The position numbers and the translations under genes were made by a program. A stretch of 63,760 nucleotides of DNA, counting the filler, from Octopus bimaculoides (taxonomy: Eukaryota): assembly GCF_001194135.2 (NCBI RefSeq). It is 7 parts of 5 records of this genome, joined end to end, with 100 filler letters (N's around TTAATTAATTAA, not from the genome) between each part and the next. Parts side by side here need not be neighbours in the genome. Positions count along the whole stretch, not along the records: positions 46,249 to 55,553 come from NC_068987.1; positions 55,654 to 62,537 come from NC_068998.1; positions 62,638 to 63,760 come from NC_068982.1; 4 more parts are not named here. One strand, given 5' to 3'. Below the pieces are notes generated by a model, which did not search any database, had not been told where the DNA came from, and saw only the letters and a list, made by a program, of their open reading frames with translations. This document shows, one piece after another, positions 54,428-63,760 of the stretch. Within the stretch, counting starts at the first letter, position 1, and every line of letters begins with the position of its first letter.

Positions 54428-55553
54428 TCTTAATATATAAATCTGAAATTGTGTGTTTGTGTGAAGCCTTTTTGAATGTTTATAGAAATCCACATTTTCC
54501 ACTTTTTCGTAAAAATTTTTACATCAATGGAATTTTCTCGATCTGAACTTTCCAGTGCAGTAATTAGATTTTTTAAATTCCGTTTACTTTGTGTGATTTA
54601 AGGGAGATTTGGCTGTTGTTTCTAGCAACTTTTATATTTCATCCCTGCTACCTGGAACGCCATTCTTACACACGCGCTCAACATAAAAATATAGAGAGTA
54701 AAAGTAAAAGAGGGAGAGGGAGAGAGAGAGAAAGTGATACATACAACGTCATAGATTAAACTTTCATCTCAGTATTCTTTACCTATTTTTCATAACATAG
54801 ATACGTAAAAACACACACAACCACNNNNNNNNNNNNNNNNNNNNNNNNNNNNNNNNNNNNNNNNNNNNNNNNNNNNNNNNNNNNNNNNNNNNNNNNNNNN
54901 NNNNNNNNNNNNNNNNNNNNNNNNNNNNNNNNNNNNNNNNNNNNNNNNNNNNNNNNNNNNNNNNNNNNNNNNNNNNNNNNNNNNNNNNNNNNNNNNNNNN
55001 NNNNNNNNNNNNNNNNNNNNNNNNNNNNNNNNNNNNNNNNNNNCGTATACACGTGCAAGTAAACACAATCATTCACATCGTGGTATATTTACAAAACATT
55101 GATGGCATAACTACAGAGTTGTATCCCCCAACTTTGGAAGGTCATAACTTTCATAAAAATGAATATTTTTTTCTGAAATTTTCTATGCATATATTATTTA
55201 TTATGTAGATTCCAAATATACACAAATTTTCGGTGAAAATGTTTTGGAAGGGGGTGGGGTACAATATTCGGAAATTCCACTTAAATTCCTCTTAACTTCC
55301 AGGAAAATGAATATTTTTTCATGAAATTTTGTACAAATGTATCTTGATGTATGTACATTTCAAGCATGTAGGAAGTTTGAAGGAACAACTGCAGGTTATT
55401 TTTGAGAAAGTGTTCCCCACTCGGTGGTGTTTCGGAGCAAGTCGTCCATATTTGTCATTTTTCTCTATTATGTGCTTATGTGCATCCTTAGATTTCTAAT
55501 GAAGTAATAGGCAGTGAAGAGAAGCAGTCATAAGAAAACTTTTAACTACCCCT
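54428..55553 (+). mobile_element. Helitron-like non-autonomous repeat; first 168 bp identical to 46249-46416, 3' extent uncertain
   Basis: Exact inverted match, TC start in AT context. Confidence 0.45.
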
Positions 55554-55653
55554 NNNNNNNNNNNNNNNNNNNNNNNNNNNNNNNNNNNNNNNNNNNNTTA
55601 ATTAATTAANNNNNNNNNNNNNNNNNNNNNNNNNNNNNNNNNNNNNNNNNNNN

Positions 55654-57030
55654 TGCTAGACTTCGCTGCACATTAGACAGTTCTCTGTGTAGCAATACAC
55701 TGTGGGCATGGCGCTTTACCACCAATAGTCGCTGAACCATCATTTTCATCAAACCAGTCTCTGTGTCTAGCAGTAACATATCCCAGTGTTTCGGCTGCAC
55801 ATTGAAGAGCCTGGTCTCGAAAATCTTCCCATGCTGCAGTAGTTTCAATGCTGGACAAGCGAGTCTGAAGCTCTTTCCTCACCACAACATCATATACCTT
55901 GTGGTCATTTAGGCGGCGAGGAATGCTGACTGGTCCTCTTCTCTCTTTCACTCTAATCATCATTCGGAACTTTGCTCACACCAGACTGTGGTCTGTCCAG
56001 CATTCTGATCCATGAAAGTACTTGACATTACAAATGTTATAGACGTCGCACTTGCGGATGATGACATAATCCAGCAAGTGTCAAACTTTGGACCTTGGGT
56101 GCATCCCCGTTGTTGTGTGATCACCTTTGTGCATAAAATGAGTGCTTGTGATGTAAAGTCCATGTTCTTCGCAAAGCTCCAGTAGCATGAGACCATTGCT
56201 ATTCATTTTCCCTACTCCAAAACGTCCTAGAGAGTTCCATATTTGCCAGTCTGTTCCAACCCTGGCATTAAATCCCCCAGTAGAATGACTTTATCAGAAT
56301 TGGGGATTTTTCTAAGTATGGCTCTCAGCTGGGTATAAAAGATTGTTTTATCTTCATCACAACTAGTCAAAGTAGGTGCATAGGCACTTATTAGTGTAGC
56401 AAACCGCTTACCTTTCAAGTGCAACCGTAGCGTCATTATACGTTCATTTATAGGAACAGGGAGCTCTTCCAACTTCTTAAGGATATCAGATCGGACTGCA
56501 AATCCAACGCCAGCCTCTCTGCGCTCCTCCTTCTGTTTTCCTTTCAAAAAAAAAAAAAGGTGTATCTACCTCCTACTTCCTCAAGCTGACCATCACCTTC
56601 TATACGAGTCTCTGAGAGTGCAGCTATATCAATTTTATAAGGGTTCAGCTCGCGAGCAACAAGTGCAGTGCGTCTTTCAGGCCTATAATCACTCTTGTTG
56701 TCCAGAGTGTCCAACAGATTTTATAAATAAAAGACTCTTTGTTTTTCGAGCGCAGGGTGGACATCCGTCAGTCGCGCTAAACTGACCAGATATGGAAAGA
56801 CAGGCAATTTTTGGTTCACTTTTTCTAGAACCTCCCCGGCCTCCGGGTGAGTAGTGCCCTCTCCAAATGGAGCTGCTCAGACACCCATGCAGCAACCGAA
56901 TCCTACCGCTGTCTTGGGCGACAAGGAGACGACTTTATATCTAGCATGGGCCGCCTACGTGCAGGTCGCTGACTACATGCTTTCAACCCGTCAGGTCTGC
57001 ATGCTTCACCACCTTACCATCGCAGCAGGA
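55654..57030 (-). mobile_element. RTE-clade (BovB-like) LINE 5' part: 5' UTR plus APE endonuclease pseudogene
   Basis: DIAALSETRIEGDGQL, EAGVGFAVRS, NERIMTLRL, TLISAYAPT, DKVILLGD, RHRDWFDEND; frameshifts. Confidence 0.88.
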
Positions 57031-57465
57031 CTTCCGAATAAAAAAAAAATATATATACTAAAAATGAAGAAAATATATACTAAAAATAAGATAAATATAT
57101 ATAGGGGAAAAAATGCACATATCGAACAGAGGTCGGCAATGCCTGTGCAGAGTTTTAGGTCCAACAAGGCTTGCACAACAACCCACAGACCCTCCCCACT
57201 TTATTGACATTATCCAGAGACAAGCCAGAGCAAGATGTCTGGTGCCAATATGAGTCGCAGGCTTAGGGATGTGGGAGCGCCGTGATCTCTAGCACAAACG
57301 AAAGATGCCCAAAATGTCCAATGCCATTCCCTGCATATCTGGTTTTATATCAGAGTGACCTTCTCCTAGAGACATGCTTCAACAAAAGCTGAGGTGCGCC
57401 TCACTCCCAGTAGTCTTTCAGCACGCCGGACACCATCCCGGAATTTCTACGTATGTATGTATGTA

Positions 57466-57496
<31 letters not shown>

Positions 57497-57499
57497 CAT

Positions 57500-57571
<72 letters not shown>

Positions 57572-57584
57572 GTACTATTCCTTT

Positions 57585-57970
57585 TTCTTTTACTTGTTTC
57601 AGTTATGTGACTGTGGCCATACTGGAGCATCACTTTTAGTCGAACAAATTGACCCCAGGACTTATTCTTTGTAAGCGTCGTACTTATCCTATCGGTCGAT
57701 TTTGCCGAACCGCTAAGTTACGGGGATGTAAACACAACAACTTCGGTTGTCAAACGATGACGTGGGTAGGTGGGTGGACAAACACAGATACACAAACATA
57801 AATATAAACGTATGTATATACGACGAGATTCTACCAAATCCACTCACTAGGCTGTGGTCGGCCCGAGGCTATAGTAGAAGACACTTGCCCAAGGTGACAC
57901 GCAGTAGGACTGAACTCAGAATTATGTGGTTAGGAAGCAAGCTTCTTACCACACAGCCACGCCTGTGCCT
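57585..57970 (-). mobile_element. Near full-length tRNA-derived SINE, CpG-rich copy
   Basis: Head aggcacaggcgtggctgtgtggtaagaagcttgcttcc..gagttcagtcc; body matches other copies. Confidence 0.85.
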
Positions 57971-57986
57971 ATAATAAACTATCGTC

Positions 57987-58054
57987 CGCTTCGGCCGGGA
58001 GTCGGACCCGGATCGACTGCTTGGAAGTGAACCATGCTAACCGTTACACGACCA
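57987..58054 (-). pseudogene. tRNA-Gly(TCC) pseudogene, first about 4 nt replaced by (TA)n
   Basis: tggtcgtgtaacggttagcatggttcacTTCCAAgcagtcgatccgggtccgactcccggccgaagc matches eukaryotic tRNA-Gly(TCC); anticodon stem broken, T-loop TCCGACT. Confidence 0.8.
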
Positions 58055-58979
58055 TATATATANNNNNNNNNNNNNNNNNNNNNNNNNNNNNNNNNNNNNN
58101 NNNNNNNNNNNNNNNNNNNNNNNNNNNNNNNNNNNNNNNNNNNNNNNNNNNNNNNNNNNNNNNNNNNNNNNNNNNNNNNNNNNNNNNNNNNNNNNNNNNN
58201 NNNNNNNNNNNNNNNNNNNNNNNNNNNNNNNNNNNNNNNNNNNNNNNNNNNNNNNNNNNNNNNNNNNNNNNNNNNNNNNNNNNNNNNNNNNNNNNNNNNN
58301 NNNNNNNNNNNNNNNNNNNNNNNNNNNNNNNNNNNNNNNNNNNNNNNNNNNNNNNNNNNNNNNNNNNNNNNNNNNNNNNNNNNNNNNNNNNNNNNNNNNN
58401 NNNNNNNNNNNNNNNNNNNNNNNNNNNNNNNNNNNNNNNNNNNNNNNNNNNNNNNNNNNNNNNNNNNNNNNNNNNNNNNNNNNNNNNNNNNNNNNNNNNN
58501 NNNNNNNNNNNNNNNNNNNNNNNNNNNNNNNNNNNNNNNNNNNNNNNNNNNNNNNNNNNNNNNNNNNNNNNNNNNNNNNNNNNNNNNNNNNNNNNNNNNN
58601 NNNNNNNNNNNNNNNNNNNNNNNNNNNNNNNNNNNNNNNNNNNNNNNNNNNNNNNNNNNNNNNNNNNNNNNNNNNNNNNNNNNNNNNNNNNNNNNNNNNN
58701 NNNNNNNNNNNNNNNNNNNNNNNNNNNNNNNNNNNNNNNNNNNNNNNNNNNNNNNNNNNNNNNNNNNNNNNNNNNNNNNNNNNNNNNNNNNNNNNNNNNN
58801 NNNNNNNNNNNNNNNNNNNNNNNNNNNNNNNNNNNNNTATATATATATATATATATAATAATATTTTTAATAATAATATTATAGTTATTAATAATTATTA
58901 ATAATATTATTATTCCAACCTTACAGGTAAAATCCAGTATAATAATATTAGACCGAATTTCGTAATATATAATATATGT

Positions 58980-59370
58980 ATATAACTAATTTAGAGACGA
59001 ACCATCATTCCACAACTCAATGAAGATCCCATCCAAAACCATGCTGTGAGACATATACCATACAAAATACTAATCTAGAATTTTAATAATATATAATATT
59101 GAACAGTAAGATTATTACAATCATATAATATGTAAGAGCAAACACTTTTAAAATCACAGCGAATACCATACAAAGAAACATTCATCATAGAAATATTAAT
59201 CTAAAAATCAAATAAAGTATAAATTGAACAATAAAAATTAATACAATAATATGATGTATAAAAGTAAGTAGATTAATATTTTGTATGGTATATGTCTCAC
59301 AGCATGGTTTTGGACGGGTTCTTCATTGACTGAGTTGTGGAATGGTGGTTCGTCTCTAAATTAGTTATAT
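58980..59370. repeat. Foldback: about 100-bp inverted arms (58980-59077, 59269-59370) with a 191-bp spacer, TA-flanked
   Basis: Arms differ by about 4 substitutions and one 4-nt indel. Confidence 0.85.
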
Positions 59371-59879
59371 ATATATATATATATATATATACAAATGCAC
59401 ACATATACACTTATATACAGAAATACATCAATGCATATATATTTATATATTTTAAATGAGATGAATACGCTATATCCTCATATATGCCACATTATTCATC
59501 CACTCTCATACATATACACATCGATACATATAAATGAAAGGAAAAATGAAACTAACTCTATACGGACATATACTTGTATATATACCCCCTATATACACCT
59601 GGATACATATATATTCAGATATATACACCGTCATACCTACACATAGACGTTCACATATATAGATGTATNNNNNNNNNNNNNNNNNNNNNNNNNNNNNNNN
59701 NNNNNNNNNNNNNNNNNNNNNNNNNNNNNNNNNNNNNNNNNNNNNNNNNNNNNNNNNNNNNNNNNNNNNNNNNNNNNNNTATATATATATATATATCTAT
59801 AGGGACCTAAATATATCTTCAATAAGTTTCTATTTACATATTCACATCTTTACAATGGGAAAATATTAATTAAGTTCTT

Positions 59880-62340
59880 TTTAGAATTTTAATTATAATT
59901 ATAAAAGTTATTAATTTACTTTAACATAGTTGAAGATATCTATTATGCGGTATCAATATGATAGCCTATTAATTATAACAATAATAAAAATCATTTATAT
60001 CTAGTAAATACATACTTATTTTTATGTAGACAAGAATTATGTTTTTCATCCCTTAGGTTAAGTAAAGGAAATGTAGCCATTAAAATAAATAATTTCTCAT
60101 TCAAACAAAGAAGGCACTTCTTATTACCTATATTGTAACTAGGTGCAGTCACTAAGGTATCCCATTCGAGATTAAAATTAATGTTTTTATCTTTAAGCTC
60201 CCAAATGAATTTACTTAGACCCATTCAATTCTGTCCTTTCCTCTTCCGAAATGTATATAAATGTGTTGATAAACGCTTCTTCATTTCATTTTTAGGTGAT
60301 CCAATATAAATATATTTATTATTAATTTCTGTGGTAACTTTTATATTGATATACTACATTTTTCAATTTACATAAATTTTTAACCATACAACTATCTTTA
60401 TTTTTACAATCACGTTTTATAAGAATAATCCTTTATATTAGTTGAGGAAAAGGTTTTACACCTAACAGGTTTCCGATCGTACTTAATAATATTATAAACG
60501 AAATTTTTACAAACACACATATGGACGCACATACTTACATATAAGCACGAACACATAAGTGCGTGCACACATATGAGCGTGCACACATACGAGCTTGCAC
60601 ACACTCACATGCTCATATCGAACAGTTTCAAAACAACGCCAAATCATACATTCAAAATAAATGGAAGTGGAGAGGCAAATTACTGAAGAGATTGCAAGAG
60701 TGCAATGAAATTATTTAACAAAAAACAATATACTGTTTATAAATTAATAAAAGACTGAACCAGTGCGTGTTACCGGCATAATGCCTCTCCCAAGGTTTAA
60801 TTGTAATATTATGTTTGTTAATGGAATACCTAGTAGTATTACTACTAATATCTTCTACATTGACCCTGGTCTTTATATCTATCAAATATATCTTTATTAT
60901 AACATAACTATGAAATTCTCTTAGTAATATTATATACTAATGCTTTTTTCATTGAAGGTGATTGCTTTGATAATTTATATTCTAATTTATAATTTGGTTC
61001 CATATATGGTTCATGTATTCCAGATGATAAATTACAGTTTATATCTAAGTAATTAATTAAATTATATTCTTTTCTTATACTTATAGATAGAAGAAATCTT
61101 TTAAAAATTTAAATAATCGTTTCTTTATGAGTTTTAGGCGTCTATTAGATGTATTCTTAACCATAAAGAGTACATCATCTCTAGAAAGTCCCCCCCATGA
61201 GCTCTGGGAATTCGTCTTGTGTATTAGCCAATAAATATATTCCTACTATGTCAGTTATTTACGCGAAGTTTGCCGCTCCTATAGATATATCGAAACAGTT
61301 AGGGGTATATTTTCTCGCTCATAACTTATTATCGAAATTTATAACTGATTTACGGCTGTTAAAATTACATTGATTTCTTTCATGCTAATAGATGTATACT
61401 TCTTGGCAAATATCAAGGCGCTATTTAATATAGTAGGGTTTATACTAGAGTAATAATTGTCAATATCTATTTGTAGGAATATATGTTTATATTTATTATT
61501 TATATTAGAAAACCATTTAATAGTATTCTGAGTGTTTGACCGTAATTGTAGTCTGATCTTATTTTTCAAGATCGGTGTATATTTATCTAAAATTATCTTG
61601 CTAAGTTTACATAAATCAGATTTATTAGGACAGATTAATCTAATCTTTGTATCAATATGAAAATTCTCCCTATGATCCTTAATTGTAATCCGTGGTCTAC
61701 TGGGTAATAATGGTTCTGTTTTATCATCTATATTATAATTTTCCCAATTTTTTTTTAGATTCTAGGTTAATCTGTCTAAGGGTACTAGTAGGAACTATCT
61801 TGTATTTTTTGTAATTTCTTTGTACAATAATTTATAGTATAAATTAATGTCCATGTTATATAAGTTCCTTATTTAATCTGAATTAACAATAACTCCTTTT
61901 GTACTTTTCAGTACGTGAGTTAATTTTTTTTAGTTTCCTTTGATGTTTGTTGATCCGCATATGATAAAGGTAAAGAATTCTGCCAACTCTGTAATAGTGA
62001 ACTATTTTCTATTCTATTTTCTAAGAATCCCCTTGTAAACACGGTTACAGAGCGTGCTTATCGATGTAAACATTGGCAGAAACATACCTTTAGTTCATAT
62101 AAGTGATATCTACCATTATATATAATCTGAACATTGATTTTCTTCTTACATTACACTTCCACTAGATATATCTTTTTCTAAGCCTTTGAGCTTTTATTTT
62201 AATTCACATATCGCTCTATATTTCTCATTTATTAATTTTCTGCTTATTTCTTTCCTTTACTCCTTCTCTTTCTATAGGTTATCTTCTAACGTTTTTTTAA
62301 AAAAATCTTAATAGCGTTCCGTTCATCATTATACACGACC
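59880..62340 (-). mobile_element. Penelope-like retroelement (Naiad-type): RT plus C-terminal GIY-YIG endonuclease, disrupted
   Basis: RNLYNM..YYKLLYKEIT, NTQNTIKWF..IFLQIDIDNYYSSI, FDISIG..VGIYLL, GLSRDD, NYLDI.NL.SG..PY..PN, CKNKDSC..LC..NVVYQ, YIG, LSKFIWELKD..W..G.KKCLLCLNEK..CLHKNK. Confidence 0.88.
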
Positions 62341-62382
62341 ATGACATTCTGTTAAAATGCTTTATTGATGAGTTTGATTTAT

Positions 62383-62486
62383 TTCTTTCTTTCCCTGATG
62401 AGAAGATTACATTGTTTTTAACACCATTTTATTTCTTTGGAATAATACCAATGTTGTCTTCGAAACATATATCGGAAGTAAAAGAA
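62383..62486 (+). ncRNA. Type I hammerhead ribozyme with intact core and long stem II
   Basis: CTGATGA 62395-62401; G62402-C62461; GAAA 62462-62465; stem II 12 of 13 paired; stem I 5 bp + internal loop + 6 bp; ATC triplet; C-A mismatch in stem III. Confidence 0.75.
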
Positions 62487-62637
62487 TTTGAATAAGACCT
62501 GCGTTTAACTCCATATATATATATATATATATATATANNNNNNNNNNNNNNNNNNNNNNNNNNNNNNNNNNNNNNNNNNNNTTAATTAATTAANNNNNNN
62601 NNNNNNNNNNNNNNNNNNNNNNNNNNNNNNNNNNNNN

Positions 62638-62686
<49 letters not shown>

Positions 62687-63379
62687 CACATACACAATCA
62701 CTTTTAACACGTTTGTTTATGTATATATGTATATATTTCTATGTATATATGTATATATAAGTGTGTGTATGTGTGCATGTGTGTGTGTGTGTACGTATGT
62801 ATGTATACTATATATGCATATGTATACGCATAGATGGATACAAACATGTGTTCATGCAAGTATGCATTTTATTAACAGTGGCAGAAAAGGTGTAAACCGG
62901 AGATTTGGTAAAGCTCGGAGTGAATTAAATTTGTGTATTTAGTGGATGGTGAGGAAAACAGACGCCAGCTATTACGGATGTTGATGTTGCCTTCTTTTGT
63001 GATTTGTTTCTCCTTAAGTAAGAAATACAACTGAGAATGGCAGGCGAAATTGTTACGTGAATTGGATTAAATGTTTTGGAATGAAATCCAGAATAACAGC
63101 TGAAACAAAGAAATTGTAAGAAAGAAAGAATATCAAGGAAAAAGGGGAAGAAATGTAGAAACGAAAGGAAAATATATTATAGAAATTGAGATGTGCCATA
63201 TGTTGAAAACATCTCTGAGTTTTGAGCAAATGTTTACACACATACATACACGTACGCGCTCAAACACACGCACACACGCGCTCATGTACATATATGCACA
63301 TATATAAATATACACATATATTTATACATAAATGTATTTGCACATGTTTATACATACATACATATAGATAGATAGATAT

Positions 63380-63660
63380 GTTTCTTTATTAGCCACACAG
63401 GGCTCAACATAGAGGGGACGAAATACAAATGTAGAGTTTTTCTTTTCGAGGGGGGCGAAAACAAAGCAGAAAAAAAAACGAAAGTGGGGACAACGATGAA
63501 AAAAAAACATCGCAAAACGTTTGGGGTATTTACAAAAAAATACGAAATAATACAGAAAATTCCCAATAAATGGGGAGGTTATCCGTGGAAAGAAAAACCT
63601 ACGAAAAGACCACGGTAACCTCGGTCCTTAGTGTCACAGTTTGTTAAATAAAATTTCTTT
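63380..63660 (-). mobile_element. Tx1/L1-type 3' UTR fragment
   Basis: rc ttgtatttcgtcccctctatgttgagccctgtgtggctaataaagaaa matches the 3' ends at 9910, 11760 and 33133. Confidence 0.65.
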
Positions 63661-63760
63661 TATTTATGCAAGAAACGTAAGTAACTCTGTTTACAAAATT
63701 TTAAAACGTTTTATAGAATCATGGTCAAGGTGGCTTCGTCATTTATACGTGCCATTCTTG

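Noticed and set aside
56870-57030. HDV-like ribozyme expected at an RTE 5' end
   Set aside because: A possible P1 exists, but L3 and P1.1 do not fit; cannot be supported by eye
60225-60227. In-frame TGA in the Naiad GIY-YIG region (GQN*MGLS) as selenocysteine
   Set aside because: The position is usually Ser/Thr in this motif and TCA>TGA is one change; the element has many other lesions
60405-60420. TGA near the CxC motif of the Naiad zinc finger as selenocysteine
   Set aside because: In the downstream frame it reads CGT-GAT-TGT, most simply a mutated TGT-GAT-TGT (CDC) after a frameshift
6908-63566. Dozens of listed ORFs rich in CV, YI, HT, MYVC, poly-M/I/H/T/D or X
   Set aside because: Translations of microsatellites or N runs, not genes
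1-63760. CRISPR arrays, rRNA, intact tRNA or prokaryotic operons
   Set aside because: None seen; repeats are microsatellites and eukaryotic transposons

Overview
Eukaryotic, AT-rich, repeat-dominated sequence. It is most likely an octopus-type cephalopod draft assembly; this is an inference from the extreme microsatellite density and tRNA-derived SINEs resembling described octopus SINE families. There are no bacterial-style genes, rRNA or CRISPR, and most of the ORF track is microsatellite or N-run artefact. Six identical 100-bp spacers (44N-TTAATTAATTAA-44N) split the window into seven joined blocks whose true adjacency is unproven. Supportable content is decayed transposons: CR1/L2-type, Tx1/L1-type (four pieces), R4/Dong-type, RTE and Penelope-like (Naiad-type) retroelements; hAT, Tc1 (DD34E) and mariner DNA transposons; MITEs/foldbacks; many SINEs; and a tRNA-Gly(TCC) pseudogene. 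The most interesting signals are: (i) several Penelope-type hammerhead-ribozyme folds, the best at 62383-62486; (ii) non-autonomous Tx1 derivatives keeping ORF1 but not ORF2, one with a 22-bp TSD; (iii) two Tx1 elements stacked at one site just before a Tc1 transposase ATG; (iv) a CpG-decayed block (46249-55553) containing a clean exon candidate; (v) a few weak orphan exon or kinase-like fragments. No complete host gene can be supported. All alignments and folds were done by eye.
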